Source: Mustelus asterias | Taxonomy: Eukaryota | Length of the DNA stretch: 64,000 bases | Assembly (NCBI RefSeq): GCF_964213995.1 | Contig: NC_135818.1 | Location: 24,056,001-24,120,000 of the forward strand | Direction: 5' to 3' | Part shown: one piece after another, positions 9,414 to 24,400 of the stretch | How positions within the stretch are numbered: position 1 is the stretch's first letter | How the letters are laid out: the number at the start of each line of letters is the position of its first letter | Program-made: the position numbers and the translations under genes | The notes under the pieces: model-generated | What the model saw: only the letters and a program-made list of their open reading frames with translations | Database searches by the model: none | What the model was told of the DNA's origin: nothing

Positions 9414-12400
9414 GTATGTCAGCAGATAAACCTGCGCAGACAAGAGGTTAATGATTTGGCATAGGTGACAGAGGGAGAAGGAGGGAAGGAAGTGAGGGAG
9501 AGGAATAAGAATAGGGGGTGGGCGGAGGGTGAGAGACAAGGGTTTGATTTGATTTACTATTGTCACATGTATTAACGTACAGTGAAAAGTATTGTTTCTT
9601 GCGCGCTGTATAGACAAAACATACCGTTCATAGAGAAGGAAACGAGAGAGTGCAGAAGGTAGAAGGGATGGGAAAGAGTGAAAAAGGGGGTGAAGGAGAG
9701 AGGTTGGAAAAGAGGGAGCAGTGAATGTATAGTTTGATCACTTTGACTTGCATCCTTTTGATTTTTTTTTTGTAGATTTCAAAATTTTCACTAATGTCTT
9801 CTGTTAACCCCATAAGCCACACCTGCATCTTTTAGCAGGATCTTTAACTCTGACAAGTAGGTTGAGAAAATTGTCTATAATTGAAGACAATTTGCTTTAT
9901 TTCTTCCTTCTGATTCTTATTACCTGAAGTTATTAATACCTTTCTAATATGGTCTCTCAATTCTTCAATGTCCAGACTAGAACCACTGCAGTTCCACTGA
10001 CGTTCCAAAAATAATTGCTTTATCATGCTCCCTGTCAAGTTTAATTTGTACCTTTTTCATGGAAGCTTTACTCAAGAGCAAAAGTATCTCACAATGGACC
10101 ACATCAGTACTTATAAAATGGCTTATTCCAGCTATATTACATGGAATGTAATGTAATGAGTTCAATTGTCTTCCCCAAACCTCAAGCATGTATTACTGTT
10201 ATGTTCCTTAAGTTCATTACTTAACCAAGATAACATTTTAACCGGTCTGATCCTCACACTGTTGAAGTGTAAGCACTACCATGCACAGTTAAGCAAGTGC
10301 ATGACTAATGTATTAATCACATGACTAAAACTCCTGACCGATATAATTTGTTTGGATTTAATCACTTGGCGCATGAGAATATCAGCATCATAGTATTTGG
10401 TAGTTCTAGAGAATTGCATTTTGCTCAGGACTTGGCTTCCACATTTAATTGGGAAATGCAAAAGAGTTCTCCATATACTACAGGCTGAGTATTGGTTGAA
10501 TGACATACATCAGAATGATTACCTTACTTAAAAATCGTGTAGACCATGTGAAAGTTGTCATTCCCAATTGAAGATACAGGGTTTCACTTGGAGACTAAAC
10601 AAGCTCCTGAATAGTGAACTTCCTCAAGGTTCAAATCACTTCAATATCTTTGTGAATGATATGTCTCCCACCACAGAACCAACCTCAGCAGTACCTTGTC
10701 CTTGGACTTAACGGTGATGGAGCAATATTTCATCTACTGGCACTTCTGCCAAAACCCAACTAAGAGCACAGTACTGTTTTCCACCTCAGCAACTGACTGG
10801 TTGACGGTGAACTCCGGGTCTCCTTTTGCGGCAAAGGGTCACAGAAAATGCCAAGACGAAAGTAAACATGATCCAGCTGGGAATCCAGTGTAATCATTCT
10901 TCGTATTGCTAACTTTGTGTACTCTTTAGCAGAATCCTGCTCCCCGTGAGGGCAGAGAGCAGCTAGACAAAATACTTGGACCTCAAAACGTCAATGTAGA
11001 TCACCAGTGGTATACTGAAAACAACACCTGTACAATGGCTCTCGGGTCTAATATGCTACCTCCTCCTGGGTGCCGGAAAGCAAAAATGCTGAAGGGTTTG
11101 ATCGCATTGAAGCCAGCCCAGCACTGTCAATCCATGAAGACCTTCATAACCTACCGAATATATAGCTTAAATCTAGCACACCTTTCTGGAGCTTTGTGAA
11201 TGCTTTGAGCCATGCAGATTTTAACAAAAAGGATAAATGGTACAACCTCTGGGTTGACACTAATATTGCCAATGAAGATATGGTGAGTGATCTGATAGTA
11301 GAGCCACTGGATTGGAACTCCCTATAAGTGTGGTCTACACTCAAAAGGGTCCACGCTCTTCATGCATCCCACCTTCTCCACAAATGGAATTTCAAGGACT
11401 GCCCAGCGTGCGATTGTGGTCATCCAGATCAGAGTGGATTGACACCAGTACGTTGTGTATGAATGTGGCCAACGAAAATTTGCCACAGATTTCAAGGCAA
11501 TTCACCTAACAACACCATTCTGTGACTTGGCTGTCCAATTTGAACTGCAACTTATAAAGCTGCAAGTTCTGGTATATAAGAGAAAGATGATTATCTTCAT
11601 CACCTTTCTCAGAATTCTCTGCATTGTGTGATATTTTGAAGATCAAGCTTCCTGCACTTTGGGTAGTCCACCACCTAATGAACCTAATGATACTTCAAGA
11701 AACAGCTGAAGCACCTGCAACTGTTCCTTGGGTATTTCTGCGATTCATTCACCTATTATTACTGTTAGAATTTTAGTAATAGCCAGATCTGTTAAAGGTG
11801 CTTTCATCCTCATTCTGCCTGTATTTGACTCTTGTGTTGTAATGATGCTTGTGTGCAATATCTAGATTATTTTGAAGTCTAGTAATCTTTGTATCATCGT
11901 GGAATACTCCATTTGTTCCATGAAGGCTAAAGTAAATGACTGACTGTTTCCCCAGTATTTTCTTTCAAGGCAACAGACATATGATCCAACAGGGTCTTTC
12001 ACTTCAAGAACCAAGAATAGGTTATAACCAGGAGCATGTCCATTATCCAGAAATTTAAATACCAGCACTGATTCAGGGATTCCCAAATTGAATTTTATCC
12101 ATCCTTTATGCAATCTTAAAATCTATGATCTATTTTTCCATGGAATGACTACCTATTTTCTGAAGCCTATCAAAAGTCTGACCATATCTCATTGGCATTT
12201 AACAGATCATCTCAAAATTTGATCTAGGGACTCTGTTGCCGATCCAGACCTTCATTATCCTACTGACAGGCATGCATCTCTCAAAATACTTTGCTTCTGA
12301 CAGGAAGCTCCAACTCCAAGGCCAAACCTTATTTCCTATTTGGTCATGTAGTTCAGACTCCCAACACCAGAGGGTAACCATATTGTCATGTGTTACACTT

Positions 12401-15400
12401 ATTTTCTGCCATTCTCCAAGGGACGATTTCTCGATAGAGAGTCTTCTACAGACCAGGGCCTAACCTGGCACATTCTGGATCAAAGGCAACCATGCTGCAG
12501 CCTGAACCACACGGCCCTGAGCCTAAACCCTCACATTCTAAACCTTCATGGCCTTCCTGAAGTGTGGTGTCCCAAATTGGACATTTTCCCATCAGGACCA
12601 AACTATTGCTGTATAGATTTAGCATAATGTCCTGACTTTTGCGTAGTTGGCCTTCTGTTCATAAAGCTCAGTATCCGACATGCTTTATTAACTGCTTTGT
12701 TAATCTGTATCACAACCTTCAAAAGTATCTTTTCTTGCGCCCCTTTAAATTTTACCAGTTAATATTATCGTCCTCCCTCATTTTTCTCTCGCAAAATGTA
12801 TTACTTCAAACTTTTCTGCATTGAATTTCATCTGTCGTGAGTCCACCCATTCCACTAGTGTCTCTTTCCTCTTGAAGTCTATTATTATCTTCTTTACTAT
12901 TTACCACGCTTACAAGTTTCATTACATTTGGAAATATCAAAATTGTGCCTCTACCCACAAGTCCAAGTCATTTATGTCAGAAGCAACTCCTGTCCCAGTA
13001 CTGAACTTTGGAACCTCCACTGTAAATCTTCCTTCAGCCTGAAAAACAGTCATTCCTCTCAACTCTGTTTCCTGTCCCTTAGCCAATTGTGCATCCGTTC
13101 TGTATGCCCCTATTATCCCTGGTGAGAATTTTGTTAACAAGTTTAATACATGGCAGTTCAGCTGCCTTTTGGAAGTCTCTCTACACAACATGAACTGAAC
13201 AGTATTCATTCACCCACTATTACTTTATCAAAAAAAATTCAATTGCCAGATATATCCTGGTTCTCCTGTATTTGTCTATTTATGTAAATGGCTGTCAGTT
13301 TTCTTCTGGATTATTGTTTGTAAAAGCTGCCCCCCTCTCCCCTGCCACACTGATGTTAAATTGACCTTTCTGTAATTGCCATCTTTATCTTATTTCACTC
13401 TTCTGAATAAGAGTGCCCCATCTGCAATCTTCCTGCCCTTGCGTACCATCCCTGTACCTAAGGAGGATTGTTAGATTGTGGCCAACACTTCTGCCATCCA
13501 CACTTGCTTCCATCAGCAGACCTAGGATGCATTCCATCTGGACCAGGTGACATATTCACTTTAAGTCCTATCCAAGCAATCTCTTCATTTACCATAGTTT
13601 TGGAAAAGTTCTCTTCCTTAGTAAGCAACAATGCAATATACTAATTTAGAATGTCAGCCATGCCTTCTGCATCAACCAGTAGATCTCCATTTTGGTCCCT
13701 AATTGGCCCTAATGCTTTACTGACAATCTTTTTAATGTTGGAATATTTCTGTAGAAGATGCTTGGATTTGTTTTTTGTTGACTACCAATCTATTCTTATA
13801 CTGTCTCTTCAACCTTCTTATTTCCTTTGCATTTCTCCTCTGTCTTTTTTAATATTCAGCTGATTATTCCTCTGCTTTTTCTCCTACTATCTAACTCCTT
13901 CAGCATCCAGGGAGCTCAATGGTTGCCATCCCTTTCATCCTTTATCCAAATAGTTTCCTGTTTAAAGGTTGCCCATTGCTCATTACATTTTTAATGCCAG
14001 TTTTGACTACATTTTGCATGATTTGGAAGTCTGTTCAGTTCACCAAAATTAACCCTTCTCCAGTTAATAATCTTTATTCTAAATTTCTATATTTGTAACT
14101 AGTCCAAACATAACAATATTATGATCACTATTTCTGAGATATCCAACTCAGACATTCTTCACTTGACTACTTAATTCTCCAGGATTAGATCCACCAATGC
14201 TGCCTTCTTCAATGGGCAAGAAACATTGAAAATATTGTAACCCCACTATTCAAAAGGGAGGGAGAGAGAAAACAGGGAACTATAGACCAGTGAGCCTAAC
14301 GTCTGAACTGGGGAAGTTGCTATACTCCATTATCAAGGATTTCATAGTTCAGCATTTGGAAAGCAATGATGTAATCGGACAGAGTCAGCATGAATTTACA
14401 AAAGGGAAATCATGCTTGACGAATCTATTGGAATTCTTCGAGGATGTAACTAGTAGTGCTGACCAAGGAAAACTGGTGGAAGTGGATTATTTAGACTTTA
14501 AGAAGGATTTTGACAATGTCTCATGTGGCAGACTACTATGTAAAGTTAAAGCACATGAGATTGCAGGTAGTGTCTTGAGTTGGATAGAAAGTTGGTTGGC
14601 AGACAGGAAGCCAAAGACTTGGCAGAAATGGGTCTTTTTCTGATTGGCAGGCAGTGACTAGTGGGATACCACAGAGATCTGTGCTAGGACCCCAACTGTT
14701 CACATTACATATTAATGATTTGGAAGAGGTAACTGAATGCATTTTCTCCAAGTTTGCAGATGATACAAAGGGTGGGGATGAGCTGTCAGGAGGATGCAAA
14801 GATGCTTCAGTGTGATTTGGACAGACTGAGTGAGTGAGCATATGCATGCCAGATGCAGTATAATGTGGATAAACGTGAGATTATCCATTTCAGTAGCTAT
14901 AATAGGAAGACAGATTATTATTTGAATGGGTGTAAATTCGGAGAGGTGGATACTCAGCAAGACCTTGGTGTCATTGTGCATCAGTCACTGAAAGTAAGCG
15001 CGCAGGTACAGCAGGCAATAAAGGAGGCAAATGGTATGTTGGCCTTCATAACGAGAGGATTTGACTATAGGAATAGGGATGTTATGCTGCAATTATGTAG
15101 GGCATTGGTGAGGCCACACCTGGAGTATTGTGTGCAGTTTTGGTGCTCTTATCTGAGGAAGGATGTCCTTGCTATAGGGGGAGTACAGCAAAGATTTACC
15201 AGGCTGATTCCTGGAATGACAGGTCTGTCATACAAGGAGAGACTAAATCAGTTAGGATTATATTCACTGGAATTTAGAAGAGCAAGAGGGGATCTCATAA
15301 CTTATAAAATTCTAACAGAATTTGACAGGCTAGACTCAGAAAGCATGTTCCCAATGGTGGGGGAGTCCAGAACTAGTTTGAGGATAAGGGGTAAAGCTTT

Positions 15401-18400
15401 CAGAACTGAGGTAAGGAGAAATTGCTTCACCTAGAGAGTGGTGAATCTGTGGAATTCACTACCACAGAAAGTAGTTGAGGCCAAACATTGTGTGATTTCA
15501 AGAAGGAATTAGATATAGCTCTTGGGGTTAAAGGGATCAAGGGATGTAGGGTGAAGGCAGGATCAGGATATTGAATTTGATGATCAGCCATGATCAAAAT
15601 GAATGGCGGAGCAGGCTTGAAGGGGCGAATGGCCTACTCCTGCTTCTAGTTTCTATGTTTCTACGAAAAAGAAAGTTCTCCTGAACGCACTTCAGAAATT
15701 CCTCCCCTTCTCTGTTCTTAACACCATCAATTCCTCCTAAAGTTCCCATTGTATAATTTTTTCTGTTTGTACACCCCGGTATAATTCCAGTATGATATTG
15801 AAGCTTAGCAACTTTTAAAGTATTACTTCATGGGATGTGGGTGTCAATGAACAGGCCAGCGTTTGTTGCCCATCCCAGTTAAGAGTCAACAACATTACGG
15901 GGGGCTGGCTGTAGGCCAGACTAGGTAAGGACAGCAGATTTCCTTCCCTTAGGAGATTAGTGAAACAAATGGGTTTTTTGCAACAATTGATTATGTCATG
16001 GTCACTATTACTGACACTAGCTTTATAATTTAGTTATATTAATTTAACTTAAATTCCATCAGCTGCCGTGATTAGATCTGAAGCCATGTCCCCAGCGAAA
16101 TAGCCTGGCCTCTAGATTATTATCACTATCATGTCACCTCCCTTCAGTAACTGTTATTAATAGTGTGATCTGTATGTGTACCTTGAAACCAAAAAATGTG
16201 TATCTGACAACTTTCAAGAAGGCTGATGAATCTATGTTCATTATTTCTTCAAATGATTACTTAAAGACATAGTAACATCATCGTAAAACTACTGGCATGC
16301 TTATGGTTAGTCGGAGATGTGCTGTTTTAAAATGGGAGCATTATGTTCTTTAGATAAGTCTTGCTTCTGTGTGCACTCTTGTCATGACCCTTGCCTGTGC
16401 AGATTTTAGAAATGCGAAACTAAGAATTGTGTTATGGTGCCTACTACTTAGGAGGCCTCCCAGACAAAGCAAGAAAACATTGTTGTCTCCCCCAATCTTT
16501 TCACTACTTTAATATTTTTTTTAAATATGTGTTTTCTGCACTTAATTTCTGCTTAATGTTTGGGGCTCCCAGACCAACCCACTTCTGATTTTATCTGTGA
16601 CCCAATTTTCTATTGTTCATTATAGTGGGCAAACCTCAAGTCTGCCAGCTCAGAAGTCTATTTCCATTCTCCAACATATCCCCCTCTACATGACTAATCA
16701 TTTGACATTTGGATTACTTATGACCCATCCCTTCCTTCTGTAGATACTAGATATAACACCACAATAATGCATTCTTCATTGCAATGTGTTACAGAATAAT
16801 AGGAAAAAATAACTGCAGCAGTCACTGTAAATCAGTGGCCAAAAATACATCACACATTACATTGTATAACATCTTGTTTGCATATAATAACATATTGTCT
16901 AATTTGCTTTGATCTGTATGAATGGTTTTAAAGATGGTCTCTTAAAGAGGGAGGGGAAGGTAGAGGAATGAAGGAAATTTCAGGACATGGAGCTGAGGCA
17001 GCTGAATGCACAGTGCAGTCCACATGGTAAAGTGAGAGCGGGGGCGGCGGGGGTGATCAAGATGAGGCCAGAGTTAAAGGAATGGCAAGCTGAAGAGCTG
17101 GTGGTGTATCGTAGAGCTGGAGGAAGTTAGACTTCCGGAGGGACCACTAAAAGCAAAATCAAAGCTGAAACCAGTTTTTTTTTGTTCGTGATGGCCAAGA
17201 TTTGCAAAACGTGCCTATTGCTTTCGCTGAAATTATATTGTTGTTAGATATTCCAAAATTTATTTTTATACTGGCATGGGCTAATGGTTGAAAATATCTT
17301 TCAGTACTCCGATTTCACTGTTCACATAAAATTAACCTTTATCTTTCTGTTTTTCTTCAGCTAAATTCTAATTATACATTCAGGAAGACGCTTTTCAATG
17401 GCAGCACTATTTCTTTAAACTGTAAGTATTAGTTTTTACGTGGGTTGTATGTGAAATGGAAAGGAGTAGCAAGATGCAGGGACAAAATAGATTGAATGCT
17501 GTTAAATTCCCTAAGAAGGCTGATCCACAATTATCCACTAGGTTGTGCTCAAATGACTTGGGTGATGCTTTGTTTCAGATTGGAGGAATCTCAGTATCTC
17601 CCTCAGTGATTAGAGATCGAGGTGTCACCATAGAGCTGGAATGACACAAGAAGGCTATCCAGCCCATCAAATCCATGCCAGCTCTCTGAAAAGTAGTCTC
17701 ATCGGTCCCATTCCCTCGCTATGGCCCAGAAAGTTTTTTTCTCACAAATACTCGTTCAATTTTCTTTTAAACTGTTAATCGGGAATGCTTCTGTCATCCT
17801 CGTAGGCTTCAGACTATTATCATTCATTGTGTTAAAATGTTTTTCTTCACATCCTCCCACATCTCTTGCCCAAAACTTTAAATCTCGGTTGCAGGGTCAT
17901 TGTGTTTCCATCAGTTAATGGGAACAGCTTTTCTTTTTCTACATTATCAAAACGTCATGGTTTTGTACACCACTATCAAATCTTCCCTCAATTTATTTTA
18001 TTCAAGGAGAACAATTCCAGCTTCTTCAATCTAACATTGTAACTAAAATCCCTCAACTCAAGAACCATTTTGGTAAATATCCTCTGCACCTGCTCAAAGA
18101 CCTTCATATTCTTGCTGAAGTGCGGTGGCCAGAACTGAATGTAAAGCTCTAGTTGTGGCCTAATCATACACCTGTTTGAACAATTTCTTGAGGTTTATCG
18201 ATGCACTGTGTTGCAAAGCTGCCAACTAGATAATGTAGAAGTGGCCACTCACTAGCTGATATATCCTGACCTTTTGCTAGCTCGGCATCCACTTCATTCT
18301 GCTAAATGAGAAATCAGTCCAGTTACTCTATAAATGCTTTGGCAAAGTTTGTCTTTTTGCAAAGTTTGTCTTGGTGCAAACTTGTTTATGATTTTGCCGC

Positions 18401-21400
18401 AAATCACAAACAGAAAATGTTCTCCCTTTTTGACTTCAGTGAATTACAGCAGAAGGTGGGCCCAGAAGAAAAGAGGGAAGTTTGAATCAAGTGAAGATGT
18501 GTTTCTGATGCTAACAATGAGTAGTTTATGTCAAGCTCTGACATTATTTGCTTTTGTTCATAACTAAAGAATCATTGGTACTGCCGGTGAGAATATTTTT
18601 TTGGGCCAGTAGAGATGATTGATATCTTGCAGTGTCATTTCCTTTGGCAGTATCCATGATCTCATGCACAACTATACTTGTGATTGGTGATCTAATCAAT
18701 CTTAATGTTGAAGTGCAGTTGAATTCAGAATAATATGGTTACACCCTTGCTCCTTGCTCATACATTGCAAATCCTTTGCAAAGGCAGAGAGCAGCTTTCT
18801 CCACCAGAGAGAGAGACAATATTAAGGGTTACTTGGAGACATCTTCAGCTATTCGCCTGCCAACTCTTTAAACTTGTACTTCTCTCTCTGTGGGTTTAGT
18901 TAATAATATTTCTCCCAACATCAGCCCACAGTATAATTCAATACTTGTTTAGTGGTTAGGTTTGATGAGGTGACCCACTGCATTTTTATATTGATCATTT
19001 ATAAACCAAATGAGTATTGGCTGCTGAGTTTTATTGGTTCTGGAGTGCACAGGTAAAATGTGCTGAGTACATTAGTGTTTCTATTGTCTCACTGAAAGGA
19101 CTAATGACATATGATCTCTGTGGATCTCTGCTTCCTCAGAGCCTGAAACCTATTGTAAAAATGACTAGAAATACAGTATGTTGCTGATCACATTGTTTCT
19201 CATTCTTTCGTTGTTCTTACATCTAGTTCTTAATGGGAACACGTGTGATTCCTCGCTGACTTTTAACATCTCCTGGTACCTCAGGTATTCACACTGCTAC
19301 AATGAAGTCTTCAACATGCAAGTAAGTTTAATTTGCAGTAGGTTAGACTTGCAAGTAGTATATTGCAGTGCTGTTTCGTGAAGCTTTTGACATAGACAAT
19401 TTGCTGGATGCACAACAGAATGTTGGTCCCCATTTGCAGCCACACACATTTTGTTTATGTAACTATGAAAAATGCTGAGCAAAGGGTGACAGAAGAAGAA
19501 GGGTGAAAAATTTAGGATTTTAGTTGTATTTGAATAGGGCTGTTTTGCTTGGTGGATGGAATGCTTTCTCCTGGTATCAGCATCTTACATTTTCTGGAAA
19601 GTAACATCAGACGAAACTGTGTTGAATCCCAGTTTAGTCAATGTTCCACTTCCATTTAGTCCACAGACATGGAGACCATTAAGTCTGGCGGGGTAGGGGG
19701 GAGTGCCTTTGGGCTTGTGAAGACAAAGATTGCAGGTAGTTATCAGTACCACTGCAATTGCGTAGAATTCAGTCTGCAATTTGAAAGAAGGAAGGCAGAA
19801 TCAGATGTGAAGGTTCTACAGTTAAATAAAGGTAATTACAGGCGCATGAGGGAGGAACTGACAAAAATCGACTGGAAGCAGAGCCTAGTGGGAAAGACAG
19901 TAGAACAGCAATGGCAGGAGTTTCTGGGAGTAATTGAGGACACAGTGCAGAGGTTCATCCCAAACAAAAGAAAGGTTATCAGAGGGGGGATTAGGCAGCC
20001 ATGGCTGACAAAGGAAGTCAGGGAATGCATCAAGGCAAAAGAGAGAGCCTATAATGTGGCAAAGAGTAGTGGGAAGTCAAGATTGGGAAGGCTATAAAAA
20101 CAAACAGAGGATAACAAAGAGAGAAATAAGGAAGGAGAGGATCAAATATGAAGGTAGGCTAGCCAGTAACATTAGGAATGATAGTAAAAGTTTCTTTAAA
20201 TACATTAAAAACAAACGGGAGGCAAAAGTAGACATTGGGCCGCTCCAAAATGACGCTGGTAATCTAGTGATGGGAGACAAGGAAATAGCTGAGGAACTTA
20301 ATAAGTACTTTGCGTCAGTCTTCACAGTAGAAGACATGAGTAATATCCCAACAATTCAGGAAAGTCAGGGGGCAGAGTTGAATATGGTTGCCATCACAAA
20401 GGAGAAAGTGCTAGAGAAACTAAAAGGTCTGAAAATTGATAAATCTCCGGGCTCAGATGGGCTACATCCTAGAGTTCTAAAGGAGATAGCTGAAGAAATA
20501 GTGGAGGCGTTAGTTATGATCTTTCAAAAGTCACTGGAGTCAGGGAAAGTCCCAGAGGATTGGAAAATCGCTGTTGTAACCCCACTGTTCAAGAAGGGAA
20601 CAAGAAAAAAGATGGAAAATTATAGGCCAATTAGCCTAACCTCAGTTGTGGGCAAAATTCTAGAATCCATCGTTAAGGATGAGATTTCTAAATTCTTGGA
20701 AGTGCAGGGTCGGATTAGGACAAGTCAGCATGGATTTAGTAAGGGGAGGTCGTGCCTGACAAACCTGTTAGAGTTCTTTGAAGAGATAACAAATAGGTTA
20801 GACCAAGGAGAGCCAATGGATGTTATCTATCTTGACTTCCAAAAGGCCTTTGACAAGGTGCCTCACGGGAGACTGCTGAGTAAAATAAGGGCCCATGGTA
20901 TTCGAGGCAAGGTACTAACATGGATTGACGATTGGCTGTCAGACAGAAGGCAGAGAGTTGGGATAAAAGGTTCTTTCTCAGAATGGCAACCGGTGACAAG
21001 TGGTGTCCCGCAGGGTTCAGTGTTGGGGCCACAGCTGTTCTCTTTATATATTAACGATCTAGACGACGGGACTGGGGGCATTCTGGCCAAGTTTGCCGAT
21101 GATACAAAGATAGGTGGAGGGGCAGGTAGTATTGAGGAGGTGGGGAGGCTGCAGAAAGATTTAGACAGTTTAGGAGAGTGGTCCAAGAAGTGGCTGATGA
21201 AATTCAACGTGGGCAAGTGCGAGGTCGTGCACTTTGGAAAAAAGAATAGAGGCATGGACTATTTTCTAAACGGTGACAAAATTCATAGTGCTAAAGTGCA
21301 AAGGGACTTGGGAGTCCTAGTCCAGGATTCTCTAAAGGTAAACTTGCAGGTTGAGTCCGTAATTAAGAAAGCAAATGTAATGTTGTCATTTATCTCAAGA

Positions 21401-24400
21401 GGCTTGGAATACAAAAGCTGGAGGCTGGAGCGATCCGATGCTGGATGGGAGACACCGAACGGGCCACGTGAATGGCAGGATGGTAGAAGGTGATGGGATA
21501 TGTTGATCATTATAAAGGATCTTTGATATTTCATTAGCTGCAAGAAAGCAATGGAATTGTTTGAAGAAGAGTTGACATGTCCCATCTGTTGCTGTTTATT
21601 TGAAGACCCACGAGTTCTCCCTTGTTCACATAATTTCTGCAAGCGATGTTTAGAAGGCATTTTGGAAGGAAGTGGGAGAGGTATGCAATGCAAAGTTGCT
21701 TTCAAATGTCCAACCTGTCGCAAAGAAACCCCTATCATGGGAATTAACAATTTGCAGGTGAATTATTCGCTGAGGGGAATAATTGAGAAGTACAACAGGA
21801 TTCGGAACACACCTAAAGTGCCACTCTGCAGGAAGCATAGTGGGCAACCATTGAACATCTTTTGTTCAACGGACCTTGAATTAATCTGTGGGTTTTGCGC
21901 CACTATGGGAGACCATGAAGGACATTCCTTCTGTGCCATCAAAGATGCCTACAGAGAGGAGAGGGAAGCTTTTGATGGGCTTTTCCAAGGGCTAGAAACT
22001 TGGTGTTCTGCTGATGTGCAGACATGTCTGGAGAAGTTAGAAAGTGATAAGAAAAAATCCCTGCAGCTAATAAGCAAGGATGCAAAAAAGGTGATGGAAT
22101 ATTTTACCAAGTTGCAGCACACACTGGAGCAGAAGAAGAATGAGGTTCTTTCCGATTTTGAAACCATGAAGCTGGTGGTGATGCAGGCCTATGATCCAGA
22201 GATAAATCAACTGAAGATGATCCTAGAAGAACAGAAAAGGGCTATCACTATGGCAGAGACGTTTAAGGATGTCACTGATCCAGTCTTATTTCTACAGCAG
22301 ATGCAAGAGTTTCGCAGTAAAATTAAAGTTGTAAAGGAAACCCCATTGCCTTCTTGCACAAATCTTGAGGTGCACCCTGTAATGAAAAATTTTAACACAA
22401 GCCGTTGGGATAAGGTGAGGCTGAAGGATGTTGATAAAGTTACTTTACCTACAGAGAATTATACCTTCAGATTCAAAGACCCTACTAAATGGTCAGGTAG
22501 AGAATTTGCACCTCCTATTATCAGCCTCCTGCTCCTTATCATAGCGTTCTGGCCTAGTGAGATAATACTTGGCAGCTTTGAGGCTTTGGAAAGCCATATG
22601 ACCACACTCGCTGGCTTATTGCACTATAGTGAGATTGTGGGCATACTTTCACTTGGGTGTCAAGGGTGTAAAAGTATTATTCACGAGTTGTGGCAGAAGG
22701 TAGCAGAATTTGTGCAAATATGAAATACTGTAATGGGTGTGAAAGATTACTGCTAAATTGGAACTACACATCAACCGTCATAGGTGTTGCATGTCTGAGA
22801 TCTCTAGGACCAGATATGTGTGACCTATCTTTTTCACGATCCGAAGATGCAAGAAATTGTGAAAGGAGGCCTGATTATTTTGGATGTTTAGTACTTTAGT
22901 GAATTGGGGATTTTATTTTTAGGTTCAAGTTTTAAATTTATAGCAGTGATTCATGATTTGATCAGATGGATACATTTTAGCTGTGGAATCCATCTGCCTA
23001 CATGACTGGGGACTGTTGTAACTGAACAGTAGTCTCCCTCAGACTTATTTTATATTGTAACGTGGTGATACGCAAATGATCTATTGAGTAATGATTAATA
23101 TTCTTCTAAATTGCCACTTTCATTGTATAATTAGACATGCTTGCTCAGTGATGCATTTCTGCTCCTGTTTTTTAAAAAAAAAAGTATCAGTGCAGCTTTT
23201 CACAAAGATGTGCTTTACCAAAATGAATATACTTTCATTTTTCCTGTGGATGAACACCATGCTGTGCGCTATGAATGTATTTCACAAAAACTGATTCTGG
23301 ATGTTTGTATTTAATAAATGTGAAAGAAAAAAAAAAGGTAGTAATCTCAGGATTACTGCCTGTGCCACGGGAAGGTGAGGGCAGGAATGGAGTGAGGTGG
23401 AAGATGAATGTGTGGCTGAGGGACTGGTGCAGGGGGCAGGGATTCAGGTTCCTGGACCATTGGGACATCTTTAGGGGCAGGGGTGATCTGTATACAAAAA
23501 ACGGGTGGAACTTGAATCACAGGGGGACCAATATCCTGGCCGGTAGGTTGGCTAAGGCTACTGGGGAGAATTTAAACTAGATAGGTTGGGGGGAGGGGAG
23601 CTAGAAGAGTTGACTAGGATCAAGGAACTAATTGATGGGGGGGAGGATGCAGGGGTAAGGGGAATTACAAAATTAATGGTAGAGGAGAGGGTGCAAGTGA
23701 ATGAAGGCGGTAATTTAGATAAGGGAGTAGAGGGAGAGGGTGTTCGCGACTCATCAAAGCGGGTCCAGATAAAAGCTGGAATAAGGACACTTGGCCTGAA
23801 TGCACGAAGCATTCGGAACAAGGTAAATGAGTTGATGGTGCAAATCAGCACAAGTGGGTACGATCTAGTGGCCATTACAGAAACGTGGCTGAAAGGTGAC
23901 CAGGACTGGGAGATGAATATCCAGGGGTATCAGGCGTTTAGGAAGAATAGACCGGAAGGAAAAGGTGGTGGGGTCGCGCTATTAATAAGAGATAATATCA
24001 GGGTAGTACTGAGGGAGGACATAGGCTCTGAGGAACAAAACGTGGAATCATTATGGGTAGAGATGAGGAATAGTAGAGGGAGAAAGACACTAGTAGGTGT
24101 GGTATATAGGCCCCCAAATAATAATGTTGAGGTAGGGAGGGCTATAAACAAGCAGATAAGGGATGCGTGTAAAAACGGAACGGCAATAATCATGGGGGAC
24201 TTCAACATGCACATTGACTGGCAGACTCAAGTCGGTAAGGGTGGAATGGAGGAAGAGTTCTTAGAATGCTGTCGGGATAGTTTCCTTGAACAGCATGTTA
24301 CGGAACCGACGAGGGAACGAGCTATTTTGGATCTGGTATTGTGTAACGAGGTAGGTAGAATTAAGGATCTTATTGTGAAGGACCCTCTTGGGTCTAGTGA

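Noticed and set aside
20054-21493. 479-aa ORF as a functional CR1-TRIM13 fusion protein
   Set aside because: The RT frame runs only ~24 codons into the leader and stops at 21493, before the TRIM13 ATG.
21551-22723. TRIM13 as the native nested gene
   Set aside because: No KCNRG/DLEU2 context, direct fusion to CR1 on both sides and a terminal A-tract; not fully excluded without a genome search.
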